Assembly (NCBI GenBank): GCA_036172245.1
Contig: JAYWIR010000014.1
Coordinates: 3,162,001-3,226,000, forward strand
Length of the DNA stretch: 64,000 bases
Direction: 5' to 3'
DNA from: Raillietiella orientalis
Lineage: Eukaryota
Shown: positions 23,261 through 34,829 of the stretch, one piece after another
Layout: each line of letters starts with the position of its first letter
Numbering within the stretch: the first letter of the stretch is position 1
The notes under the pieces: generated by a model
The model's database searches: none
What the model saw: only the letters and a program-made list of their open reading frames with translations
What the model was told of the DNA's origin: nothing
Translations under genes and position numbers: made by a program

Positions 23261-24779
23261 TGCTTCCCGTCTCTCTTGAAAAGACCGTCTCTTCAGAGGG
23301 TTTCCAGGAGGAAGAAGCGAAGGAGCTAGCAGCCACCAGCGCCGCGGACCAAGGAACGAGCGCTGTCGTCCTCCCTGCCACCGCTTCCGAAGGATTGGAA
23401 CAGGGAGGTCGTCTGCCTTCCTGCTTCCTCGATGTCTCCACTCCCTGCCTTTCTCGCTACCCAGAGACTTCCCATCGGCCGCCGGAACCCGACAGCTTCC
23501 GCTCCACAGAGCCGCATCCGCCGTGTCGAAACCTGACTGGCATGCGGGAAGTGGGGGAGAGGCAGGGAGGAGGAAGAAGGGGAGAGGGAAGAGAAGATAA
23601 CTCGCAGTCTGCTTGGATACGCCGGACGCTCCAGCCACCCGCGCAGCAGAACTCCCGGCGGAAAACCGCCGTTTCCGTCGCATCTCTCCGGAAAATTCCC
23701 CTCTTCCCAACTGCATGAGGCAGGTGCGCGAGCGAATGTGCACCACCAAGGATTCCCCCGGTTTCCGGGATAACTCCAGCGAGCGAGGGGGCAACTCCCC
23801 CTCCCTCGCTGGCGTGAGTGGAAAGTAGGAGCCGAGGGGCAGGTAGGAGGCGTCAACAATCGTGCCCGCTACTTTCCAAGGTCCTGTCTGGAGGGGGGAG
23901 AACGGGGAAGAGCGGGTGTCGGGATGAGAAGCCTCGACGGAGCAAAGGGGACAGCGGCACTGATTGGCAACTCTCCGCCGTGCATCCACCCCTGTCCCTC
24001 TGCCCCGTCGTCAACGCGTCGCTTCCCCGTACCACCCGGCTTCGCCCTTCTCTACCTCTCCCCCTTCCCCTTCCTTCCTTCACGCGAGGCAGTTATGCGA
24101 CCTCTTCTCCCTCTTCTCTAGAGATGAATCAGCTCGGAAGAGCCACTCCCGCGAGAGGATGGGTTTCCCGGGCGGAGGCGCGCGGGAAGTGCGGGAGCAA
24201 AAGGGCAACAGCCGATGCATGTGAATGCGGGAGGTTGGGAGAGGAAGAGGAGAAGGCGGGAGAGCGTCCCGCTACTGGGAGGGCCTCTCGTGGACGAGAT
24301 GAATCGGTGGATCGCAGTATCGCTCTGGACGCACCTGCGGAGGTTGCCCTCGCTTCCTAACGCGGAGGCATGCACCATCGCCTCCAAGCAGACGACTCGC
24401 CCTTGCCCGCGAGCGCCCTTTAAGCTGGAAGACAAGTGGTCGGCACGGAGGGAGGAGGAGGGGCAGGGAGACCAGTGACGTCCTCTCCTGGTGCCCCTTC
24501 ATACTTTGGACGACGGCCGAATGCGGAATGAAAGTCCGAAACGGAAAGGAGGCAGGACGTAGTAAGGAAGGACCGGGCAGGGTTGCACTCCTAGGACCGG
24601 ACGCACCCAATTTCTTCTCCCGCGCGAACGAGAGAGCGCTGGCACGGTTTCTTCTCCCTAGCAGTGGGGTGCCGTCTCCTCGTCCCACGCAGCTGCCGCA
24701 GGTACTCCTGAAGCGCTTTCTGGAGTCCCCCTCCCAAGATGGATGCTCAGCACCACCCGCCTTCCCTCATCTAAATCCA

Positions 24780-24960
24780 AACTGCGGTTGTTTCTCATTT
24801 CTGGACCGCTCGCCGTGGACCCATGACCTCCCGTCTGGAGGTTGAAGAATGGGGGAGGTGCGTCGCCTTATCCCGGCACGAAACGAAAACACAAGCGGAC
24901 CCGTGCAACCCCTCTTTACCCCTCAGCGGCAGCAAAAGAGATCCCACCCTCTCACCACCT
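24780..24960 (-). mobile_element. Possible pogo/Tigger DDE relic
   Basis: SLLLPL...RTSPILQPPDG (~LLLLD...TTS.LQPLD). Confidence 0.35.
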
Positions 24961-25039
24961 CCGCTTTCGCCCTCCTCCTACTCATTCGCTTCTTCTCCCG
25001 TCGTTTCCCGTTCGTTCCCCTGAGATCCCGATTTAATCA

Positions 25040-25310
25040 AACATGGAGATAGCAGACAAACACGGAGATTAAAGTAGGCTGCTATGCCGCTTCAGACTGC
25101 CCTGCCTTCAGGGCATAAGCAGCGCCTAATGGCCACGCCTTGCAGCTGCGACTTCTCCAAGAGTTCTCCGCGTGCACCCGGCTTTCGAATGGGTACCTTG
25201 GCAGCCCCACTCCAGCCTTGTCGGTAGCTCCACGGCTGTCTCTCGCTTCGACGAGGGAAGAGGGTCTTTTCCCGCTCAGGGATATCCAGCCTGTCACACG
25301 CACCCACAGC
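25040..25310 (-). mobile_element. Decayed Ac-type hAT transposase fragment
   Basis: VTGWISLSGKRPSSLVEARDSR....PRYPFESR (~I..FI..D.RPFS.VE..GF...P.Y..PSR), then YALKA...ISVFVCYL. Confidence 0.5.
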
Positions 25311-25649
25311 TCAAGTCCGCGACGCAAGGCGTCCAGGGGACGGAGATCCCCGAGATCCTGCCAGAGAAGTTTCCCCGGACTCTCAGACTCTTCCAGATGC
25401 TTCGACGTGCCCCCCTACAGTCCCTCGGAGGATCCGGGAATCCAAGGCCGCTTTCTCCTCCCGCGGCCCTTCCGCCGCCCCTGGAACGGCGGTCGCGATC
25501 CTGCGGCCCGACATTTCCTGCCCTTCAGCTTCCGGGCAAACGCGAGAGTGACGCTCGCGCGACGAGGCGGCTTCCCGGTTTCTTCTCAGCCCCGAACCGG
25601 GAAACAAAGGGAACTGGCGGCGGAGTGGGGTCGAATCGAGTCACGTCGC

Positions 25650-26350
25650 GCGGAAGCGCAAAACTGTCCTATCTGGGTCACGAAGAAGGAATGGGGCGCG
25701 AAGAGCACGTGAGTTTTCTCAGGTTGTCGTCCGTGAGACATCAAACCAAGGCGGGAAATGATGGCTGCTGAAAGTTCCAGAGGGACAAACGCCTTGACAG
25801 TCCCGCCCTCGGTCGGCGGAAATCGAGCGCCGCCGCCGCTGGGTAACTCCAGCTCATTGACGATGCTGCGTGCGCGATCCTGCGGCCCTCCCGTCCCTCC
25901 CTACCTACCCCCACGCACATGCCCTAACAAAGCCTGAAATTTCACAGCTTCCCCCCGCGAGGACGGCCGATCGGAAACCACGTGACCCACGATTGCTGCA
26001 CGCTCGCCTGATGAAACCGCTCCTCCCCAAGAAAAACTCGCTCGTGTACGTGAAAGGGGCGAGAATTACAGAACATTTCCTCCTCCTCCTCCCCCACTCC
26101 CCTTCCCTTCGTCCCTGCTTGCCTCCCCTTTCGCTCAGCCTTGTCGGTCCGTGCAGCGAGCAGCTGGGTCCAGGAATTTTTGTGCCACAGAATGGGGAAA
26201 CGTAAAGAAAGATGCATTGGAGCCGAAGTTTTGTTGATGCTGGATAATCACGGCCATTCATCCTTGGGAGGGCTGCTTTCTCCAGCGGCAGCAGAATACC
26301 GGAAATCAGCACCTCATTCATTATCAGCCTGAAAGCGTGCATCATTCTGG
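25650..26350 (+). mobile_element. Decayed pogo/Tigger DDE_1 transposase
   Basis: KRLTV, IG..RDPR, GARITEHF (~KAW.T..F), WVQEF...VLLMLDNHGH (~VLLILDN..H) and TSFI.QP..CII in order. Confidence 0.55.
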
Positions 26351-26399
26351 GAGAGTGGATAAACACGCGGTTTCCCCCCAGGGAGACCGGCAGCCTGGG

Positions 26400-27230
26400 A
26401 AATGAAACGCAATTACCATGCAAGTGTGTCATCAACGGGTCCAGAAGGTGTCTTTCGGACGAGGCGTTTTCGAAAGACATCTTATGGACCCGTCGACGGC
26501 ACACCCGAGCTACGCGGGCGGTAGCATCGACGAAACCCCCCGCCACGTTCCAGCTGTGGACCACGGAGCGCGCGGTATCGTCACGCGCGCGGCTGTGCCT
26601 CCTCCTCACTCCGGGAGCATCCAGATTGCAGCGGCCCCCAACTCGGGATTCGTGTGTTGCGCCGTGTGTCCGGACGACCAACACCGAGGCGGTGTCCGGT
26701 GAGAGACGAAGGCTCGTGAGATCCATCCGTATGGATGCACCTGCACTGTAGAGGGCGCGCAGCAGCTCGTTGCTGCTGCATTCCTGCGTCAGCTGCCACG
26801 GTGAAAGTGGAGTCCAGGAAGACGTTTTGTTCTGAGAATCGTTGGGTGAACAAGAGTTGACAGCTTTCGTCTTGTAGGGGAATCACAAAGAGGGATCTGC
26901 CCTTCTCCAAATGTATGGGTGTGTCCACGGATGATGCAGACAAATTGCTGGGACCTTAGCAGACGCTCTGAAAGTAAACACGCTAAAGCTCCGGTCTCGC
27001 GCTGGAGGCTCGCTCTGAGTGATTCACCGCTGCGAATGCTTTCCGCAGACATGCTGCTTTCAACGGAGCGGCTGCGCTAGCTAAGTGGAATGCGCTTTGC
27101 TGAAGCACCAAGCTCACCAAAGCGTCTCTTCTCCGCTTCCTGTCATTAAAGAGAGCTCCGGGTGCGACGAGCTCCCTTTGTGGACGGAAGCCGTTCTTCA
27201 AAGGCCTTCTTTGGCATCTGAGCCGGTTTC
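26400..27230 (+). mobile_element. Decayed Buster/Charlie-type hAT transposase
   Basis: CVI..LSDE, ERHL...HPSY, AQQLV..FLR, VQEDVLF*ESL (~EDFLFC..L), KCMGVSTDDA (~CVGVCTDGA), *VIHR (~CVIHRE), KRLFS..C, ELPLWTEA (~LLLHTEV). Confidence 0.7.
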
Positions 27231-27369
27231 GGAACGGTCACCGTTCCTGGGAGCTGACGCGAAGAGCGCCTTTCTGAAAAGTCCTTTTTGAACTTCTTCC
27301 TCTGCTTTGCAAGAAGGAATGTCCTTCAGCCGTGGAGAATGAGCCTAATGGGTGAAAGAGCAAGAGGCT

Positions 27370-27440
27370 CGCTCTGGCGGCCGTTTGGCTGCCGACTCCG
27401 CGCGTGGCACCAACAGTTGTGGGTTCGAATCCCCACGTGG
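27370..27440 (+). mobile_element. tRNA-derived SINE head or tRNA pseudogene
   Basis: A-box-like TGGCGGCCGTTTGG (27375-27388), and B-box GGTTCGAATCC within the T-arm-like GTGGG-TTCGAAT-CCCCAC (27419-27436). No full cloverleaf. Confidence 0.5.
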
Positions 27441-28039
27441 AGGATCAGCTCCGAGAAGTGGGCGCGTCGTGGGCTTCCAGTCCCTCCTGCAGGCCGATGC
27501 TGGCTGGCCCGTAGACTTCGGATGGCGGCACTGCTAGAAACCGGATGCCCCCGTCGAGTGGCCGGGATTTGGAAGCTGACCTTCTGGGGACCTTCCAGGA
27601 ATCAAGGAGCCCCTTTGGGCTTACCCTCAGGTTGCGCGCTAGCGCTAGGGGAAGAGCATGCCGCCTCAAGTTCTGGATGGGGATCTACAATTCAAAGTGG
27701 CGGCGTGTAAGCTGGCAACCTGGGACAGAGGACCTTACGGCTCGTGGGGTTTCAACAGGCTCCTCGGTCCCACTCGGAGCGGCAGCAGAAACTCAGAGAC
27801 GTCGCCCAGAACACGCCTTTTGTGCTTGAAGAGCATTCGTGCTATTTGTCATGCGCAGTGATGACTCATTCGCTCTTTTTCTTGTACACGTCGAGAAGCA
27901 GATGACGTGTAGCCGAAGCGAAGCTCACTGTTCTTTGAGGGGTTCCTCTTGGACTGAAACATGAATAATGTCTTTCTCATGAATTGGGATGCGCACGGCA
28001 TGATCATGGCACCTCTGCCTCTCCCTGGAATCGCAGCCC

Positions 28040-28660
28040 GTCCCGCGGCTCGTGGATAATGAAAACCGTCCTCCTTACTGATTGTCGTTAACAAAGAGAA
28101 AATCCAAAAATGCAATGACATGTCTGTTCGACAGGGTTTCTGGTCCCGTTCCATGGCATTCCTAACGGAATCAGGTTCCAGCAGGAAACTTTTGTTTGTC
28201 CGCGAGCAACTGGAGCGCTCCTCCGGCATTCCGACTGATGGAGCACCCTTCAATCAAGAGGATCGTGTTCTCCTCCGTTCGGGAGCTCTGGATCCGTCAG
28301 GCGCGTGCTGGCAAACCGACAGCATCAACCAAAAGGGACTCTTCTGATCCGCGGTGTCTGTTGATGCACTTCGACTGGGCCTACTCTAGCAACAGGAGTC
28401 GGTATCAGTGAAGGGTTCGGGAAGAAAGGATGGACCTCTGTGAAAAAGCCGTATGATCTTCAGATTCCTAACCGGAGGACTCCTAGCGTCAGAATCTGCC
28501 TGCTTGATCTTTGCTTGCGCGGCTCAGATGCCCATATGACTCCGCCTTCAGTTAGGCGGCGTCCTGCTGCGGGAAGAGGTTGGAAAACCCGTAGAGAGCA
28601 TCCTGACTCCAGAGTGTAAAAACTCCTTGCTGATGATGAATGGAAGGAAGCGAAAGCAAG
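28040..28660 (+). mobile_element. Decayed hAT transposase fragment
   Basis: PFHG, SGIPTDGAP (~I.TDGAP), CLLMH (~HCIIH), LLADDEW. Confidence 0.5.
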
Positions 28661-28989
28661 GACTCTTCGATGCAGAGCCTTTCTTTGTCTTTCCACTTCT
28701 CGTGGCCTACTTAAAGGAGGGAATCCTCCTTGCAGGACGCTCTAAAAAGACCATTTGGCGCTTGCATCTCCACGACAGCCTCCCGAGTTCCTTTCGGGTA
28801 GGAGACTCTTGATCCAGTAGCTACCAGAAACGCTCTCGGACTTCCCACTGACATGAGGAGGGACTTTTTATGAATGGTGCATGAGCTCCCATTTTCATTT
28901 CATCCTCTTTTTCCTCCTCTCATGTTGACTGCATTGCAGACGCTCCATCTGAAGCAAGGCAGACACTTTCCTGTTCTTCCAGTCCGAGC

Positions 28990-29300
28990 CGAACCTTTCC
29001 TGTATTTTGTAACGGGAGTACGCGTCTTCGAGCCATTTTTCACACGCACGCACATCCTCCCATCTTTCCCGGTTACCTTTCAGCACACGCAGAATGCCGA
29101 GGAAGGAAAAAAAGAGAGGGAGAGAGAGCGCGGAACGTGCACAGGAATCTCGTTTCATCTATCCCGCATCCCCTATGCTCCATTTCAGCTCGGATGTGAG
29201 CAGCTGACAATGATGGATTCCGTGAAATATGCGTACAGGCAACTTTGGAGAAATTTTCGAAGGATTTCTGCCTCCTTGGGTCGCGGGAGGCAAGCGGGAT
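28990..29300 (-). mobile_element. Possible CENP-B/Tigger HTH relic
   Basis: EDVRACEKWLEDAYSRYKI resembles F.AS.GWL..FK.R..I. Confidence 0.35.
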
Positions 29301-29859
29301 TTCGGCATGCATCTCTGAAATGCGTCTCCGATCAAGGGGACGCACAACTTGGAAAGAAAAAAAAATTGGGGTGTCTTAGTGCTGTGGCTGAGACCCTGCA
29401 ACTCTCAAATCAGGGTTGGGGATTCAAGATACAGATGCTTGCACGCTTCTCCGGTGGCTCATTGCTCCGCCGAGGCGGAAGCAGCAGTACGAAAGCAAAA
29501 TGCTCCGAGTGGAAAGTTGCCTTGGGTTTCCGTGATCCCGAACAGCTTTCTTCTCGGCCATGATCAGGTGGATTCTTCTCTGAAACGCGTGAGTCATCCC
29601 TTACTGGTTTCGCCTGCAGGCTGAATCGTCCCTCGTCCCATCCCGACCGCTTCTGGTAGAGCCATCCAGTGGAGAGAGGAATTCCTGAATTTGTCTCCCG
29701 TTGTCACCACGGAGAGGAACTTTCGAACCTCCTCAGGATCTTCGGCGGACGAAGGCCCCTTCCTGGTGGCGCGCTTGTGTTCCGTGAGTTGCCCTGCGGT
29801 TGTCCTCCATGGAGAGCCGCTCTGATGGGGAATTGATTATCTGACCGGGCATTTCTCGA

Positions 29860-30630
29860 GGTCACATCTGCTTCCGCAACAATTTACAAGCCCAAAACTT
29901 GCTATGGAAAGTCACAAGGAAGGGCATCTCCCACTCGACAAAGCTGCAGAGTTTACATTCATTTGCCATTGCCGCCTCTCCGGCGCGACCACGTCTACAT
30001 TCACGTAGATGGTCCAAAGTCCCCAGGGACTTGGAACAGGCCGCACCACGCTCCGTGGTTCCTCGCACGGTATCCTCCTCCTCCTTCTCCAGGTCTCTCC
30101 GGAGTGTTTGCAGCTGCCATCAAGATGTGCACCGACGGCGGCTCCGGGTGATTTCACATCGCAACCCTTCTGAGCGCGGCGTCGTGACTCTCCCGCTATT
30201 CTCAGGGACGTGAGGAACCAGCTGCCCTCCAACGACGGAACGCCGTAAGGCAGGAGTGGCTGGCACTGTCCGCGCGGCGGTTGGACGTAGGCCCTCGACT
30301 CTTGAGAGCTACTTAACTCCAAGGCCGGTCGTTTGGGCAGGCGTGTCTTTGCGCATTCCTCAGCAGCTTCCGACTTCAACGACCATCGGCCTGTTGTTCG
30401 ATAGAAACCAACAGCTCCCCTGGGATATGATGAGTGCTGCATAAGGAGCCACATCACACGGAGCCACTTCTGATTTCCTAACATCCGACCCACTAGGGGT
30501 GCTGGAGGATCTGAAGGTTCAGTCATCAGAGTCCAAGCGAGTAGAACTTCCCACGGCCTCCAAGCATCAGGATAGGCCCTAGATTGAGGTCCTTTGTGCT
30601 CCGAACCATGTGCTTCACAGGATTCCGCCG
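29860..30630 (-). mobile_element. Decayed GTF2IRD2/SPIN-type hAT transposase
   Basis: SDPPAPLVGR (~TDGAPAMVG), H-IISQGS (~HCIIHQES), RW, and VDV...NE..LQL...PCD...KLLRKQM (~LN.LNL.LQG..ICD..KL.L..QL). Confidence 0.5.
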
Positions 30631-30884
30631 CCTTTCCTTCCGCTTCGGCGAGAGCCGGCCATCCTGAGGGAAACTGGGGAGACAACCATCTGCTAGGTGG
30701 TTCGATTCCTCCTTACGCGTAGCACTTACGACCCCACTTGCACGCTGCCCTCTGGCTGCGCCCCGGCCTGGCAGCGTTCACCCATAGCCCTCCGATTCCA
30801 CGCCCACGATTGTGGGTAAGGCTTGGGGCTCGAGGCTGTCCTCCTCTGTTTTCCTCCCTGTCTCCCTGCCATTGCAGGGAAGCG

Positions 30885-32150
30885 GGGCCTTGTCGGTTGT
30901 TCTCTTGGCAACCGAGCGATGCTGAGCGAGTCTCCTTTAGCAGAGAGCCACTGAGAGTAGCTCGCAAATGGTGCGTATTCCTGACTCGCTAGGGACCTCT
31001 CCAGAAGCCGCCGGGTGAAGGGGATGCAGCGGCCGGTTTCTTCCCGCGCGCAGTTTCCCAGCGGAAGACTCCCGGGTTGAGGCTGCTCCAGCAGAGCATG
31101 CGTTAGACGGCGGCGTCTCCGTGAGCGCTGCCTCTGCCTCTTGCTTCGGGACCTCCCACTTCGAAAGTCCCCCCGGGAAGCATCCGGGGTCGAGACGGGG
31201 AGCGCTCAATGTGCTCGGCGAGCGGGATTCAACGCAGCGCTTCTGATTATCCAGGGAAACGGTTAGTGCCCCGTCACACACACCGCGGAATCCCGTTCCT
31301 CCGACGTTTTTCCCTTTCCCTATGCCCACTCCGCCTTTCCGCCTTGCAGATTCGCGCGCCAGTCCGACCGGAACGAATGAGGAAATGGGAGAAGGGGAGG
31401 AGGAGGGAGGGAAACGAGGCAGAAGGAGCACTAAGGAACGTATCCCTCCCTTTACTGGGAAGAAAGAGAGTTTCGTGGACGCGGAAGGTGGCGCGTCGGG
31501 GAAAGAGCCCTCGTCTGGAAGACGCAAGAACCGCTGCTCTTCTTCCTTCGGTATCCTGGATTTTCCCTTTCCACTCCTTGGTTCCCTTTCGGAAAACCGA
31601 CGGACAGCCATCCAGGAAGGATCTTGTTGAACCCCCGAAGAGGAGAGCCGAGCAGAGATCGAGAGAGATGACATCAGCATTGGAATGCTGCGAAAGCCGA
31701 GCAGCGAAAACTCCCTTTCAGGGACACTCTCTTCCTGGATAATCCCACACTGCCCTAGGGGGTGTGGGACAGCGGACCTCTGGGAGGATCCTGACGAGGG
31801 TGAAAATCAAATTAGCAGCAATGCCACGGAGAGAAGGAAGGAGAAGGGAGTTACTGGAAGAAGGCTCGACTGTAGCGCACTTGAGGATGTCCTTGTCGGT
31901 GACGCTTCTGAAGCGAACCAGAACGCGAATCCCAAGGACGGGAACGGAAACGAGAAGGGACTAAGGAGAAGGTGAGATGGAAAGGAACACGGACGTGTGG
32001 GGGTCCAGCACGCCCTCAAGACCGCGCGTCCTTCCTCCGCCATTCGTAGTCCGTCCATTCCCCGACTCGGGGAAGTGCCGGTTCTTCTTCACTCCCGAGT
32101 TCACCGTGGCCATAGGCTCCTGCGGAAGCACCAGTCCCATCTTGGCTCCT
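30885..32150 (+). mobile_element. Decayed Penelope-like element (RT plus GIY-YIG)
   Basis: GIPFL-DV (~LPFLDV, ~31290), NRCS (~RICS), FRKTDGQP (~F..NGYP), IPH...GRILTRVKIK, KGVTGRRLDCSALEDVLVGD (~GVVY.I.C..C..YVGE), TRI, HRLLRK..HL. Confidence 0.65.
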
Positions 32151-32169
32151 CGTGCCCGCCCGTCCGACT

Positions 32170-32400
32170 GCCTTGGCTCCAATGAAGATAACTTTCGCTT
32201 CGCCCCTGGAACTGTGGGATGCAGGCGCCAGCGGTCCCTCGCGTAGATCTTTCCTGACGATACTGTTCGACAGCTCGTTCTACGTGTATCCCGTGCAGAG
32301 AGGAGGGGAGCAGAGGGGGTCTCCTGCGACTGTCTTGAGGGAGTGGTCACTTCGAGAGGCGGGGAAAACGCGTTTACACAGTCTTCCCCGGGACGTTTCC
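32170..32400 (+). mobile_element. Decayed Buster-type hAT fragment
   Basis: KITFASPLELW...SFLT (~KI.AF..KL.LW...FPT), then GHF...VFP (~HL...YFP). Confidence 0.4.
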
Positions 32401-34829
32401 CAGAGGCTCCTGAGCAGCCCCCTCTCCCTTCCCCGTTTTCATTCGTCTTTGACGGAAGGAGAACAGGAGCAAACGTGTCCACCGCCAGCCGCTGAACGGA
32501 GGGGCAGGAAGCGTCCCCCTTTTGTGGGTGTGGGTGCCATCCACCCCTTCATGGGAAGCAGAAGCACCCGCCGAAACACCGACCGGCGGACGATCCGAAG
32601 GAAGCGGGGTGACTCCTCCTCGGCAAACCCGAGAGGTCCTGCAGCCTCGAGTGACTTCCTTCGCACCGGGACTCTCTTCATTCCAAGTAGGTTCGACGGC
32701 TCTTGCGTGCTCCCGTTTGCTGAAGAGCTGCAAGTTCAGAATGAGCGAAGGCGAGGGAAGGGGTAAAGGAACCTCGTCCCTCCCCCCTCCTATTCCCTTA
32801 CACCTCTCTCCTCCCGAGGAGGAGCCCGAGGAGCGACTGGGTCTTCGACGGATCGGAAACGGGAAGAGGAGCTCACGACCCGGCATTTCGGAAACCTGAT
32901 GAAGATTTCGGGAACCTTCTTCCTTCCTTCCCACGAGGGCTGATTCGTGCCGGCAGGTGGGCTCCGGTCCCGGCCCTTGCCGCCGCGGAGAGGAGGGCCG
33001 GGGAGCAAAAGGACGGGAGGGGAACCGAGGGGCAGAATCCCTGCGGATGCTGCGTGCATGCAAACGGGGAAGATTGTGCCCGTCTCGAAAAGGAGGGGGG
33101 GCATCTGCCCCAGAGGAGGGTGCCTTTCCCCGCCCTCCCTTTTTCTCCGCCAGTCATCCGCGCCTCTCTGCCGGCGCAGCACTACCTCAGGATGCGATCG
33201 CCAGCTGTCTGATCCGCAAAATCACCAATCGAATCCTCTCCTCCCCCTCCTCCCTCTCCCGTCCTTCTCCCTCCTCCTGGTCTGCCTCTTGCCCCAAATC
33301 CTTCTCTCCCCCTCCTTGGGTCCGTTGCCAGGTCGCACTCTCAAGGATGAGTCCTTGAGAGAGAGAGGGATCTGTTTCCGTCGCCTCTGCAACCGCCAAC
33401 ACGCCGCCGCCGCACTTCTTCAACTCCCTCCTCCCCTCCCCCCGTCTCCCCCACTTCATCAACCACGAATGCGCTTTCAGCACGTCTTCTTGAACTTTCG
33501 AAATCCTTTTTTTTCCTGTTTTTTTTTTTGTTCCCCACGCACGCACGACGTAACTGAAGGGAAACGGGAAGGAAGGGGAGGGAGGAGGCGAGGAGTTGCC
33601 CACGTTCCTCTCGTTCCGGGATTTCTCCCGTTCCTGGAGATCGGGGATCCCTGGTTGCCGGTTTCGAATTTAGCGGATGGGAGGATGCGGGAGTGCGCGA
33701 ACTCAATTAGGCAGTTTAGGACAATTAGGCAAGGAGGGAGGGAGAAAGGATTTCCTGTGGGGAGGGAGAGGGAGGAGCGGGAAGGAGAAGGGGGAGCGGA
33801 GGACAACTGGGAGTCATCTGGAGGAACGGGAAGCCAGCCGCCTCTCCCGGTCGGCGGGGAGCAGAGAAGCGGTGGGAAGAGGGAAAGGGGGCGGAGGGAG
33901 GAGAGCAGCTCCCGTGAGCGCCGTTCCTTCTTCATTTTCCTCACCACCCCCTTCGAGGCTCCCTTTGTCGCGTTGCCGGAAAGAGGGAAGGTGGCGGCGC
34001 GCCCTTAAAGCGCTTCTGGAAAGCGGCTCCCTTTTTGCAAGTCTTGGCTCTCCGCCCCTGCGCAAAAAAGTAGGTGCACTGCTCCAAGCGAGAGCGCCGG
34101 GGGTAGAGAGCGGACGGAAGACTGCAGGGCTCCTCTCACCCCAGACACCTTGCAGGCGCATCCGATACAGCCTTCGGCCCGCCCTCTGCTCCCCCCCGTC
34201 CTGCTCGCGCCCCACTTGTGGACTGCTTACTACTGGTAGCAAGTTGGGAGCGTCCGAGCCGCTGTCACACCGCAGCAGTCACCTCCCGGACTGCCTTCCG
34301 CAGAGAAGCCTCCCAGCGGGGGAGGCTGCGCGCACGCTGTGACTTGGCCAGGAGCGAGAGGGAGGGAGGGAAAGGGTGAGAGGGATACCCAGTGACCTTT
34401 CCCCTTTCTCCTCTCCGGTTTCGGCAGAGGAAAAAGGGGGAAGGGGTGGGGCGAACATATCTCGTCCTCCTCCACCCACCCGCGCAACCCGCTTAGAGGT
34501 CACAGTGCCCGGTTCTTTCAGACTTACCTGCACCCAAATGCGGCTCTGTCTCTCCCTCTTGCCGGGGAAGGAGAGTGAGACGGGGAGAAGAGATTGGTTT
34601 TTCTCTCTTGAACGCACGTGTGACCCGCTCTCGCTCTCCTGATGTGTGCTCCAGGACACGTCTCCTTCGAAGAGTCGGGGAAAAGGGAGAACAGGAAGGA
34701 AAAAGGGATGGATCCAACAGTCTCCTGAACGTCGTACCCGTTCAGGAGACTGCCGGACCACCCCGATCGCGGCTGCATGCGAGGAGAGGGGAAGGACCCT
34801 CAAAGGATCGGAAGGAGCACTCGAGGGAA

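Noticed and set aside
27367..27445. Functional tRNA gene
   Set aside because: Only the T-arm/B-box is good; no convincing acceptor or anticodon stem.
30551..30562. WRPW tetrapeptide (Groucho-recruiting motif) suggesting a Hairy/E(spl) gene near groucho
   Set aside because: It is internal rather than C-terminal, has no bHLH or Orange domain, and lies inside a hAT relic.
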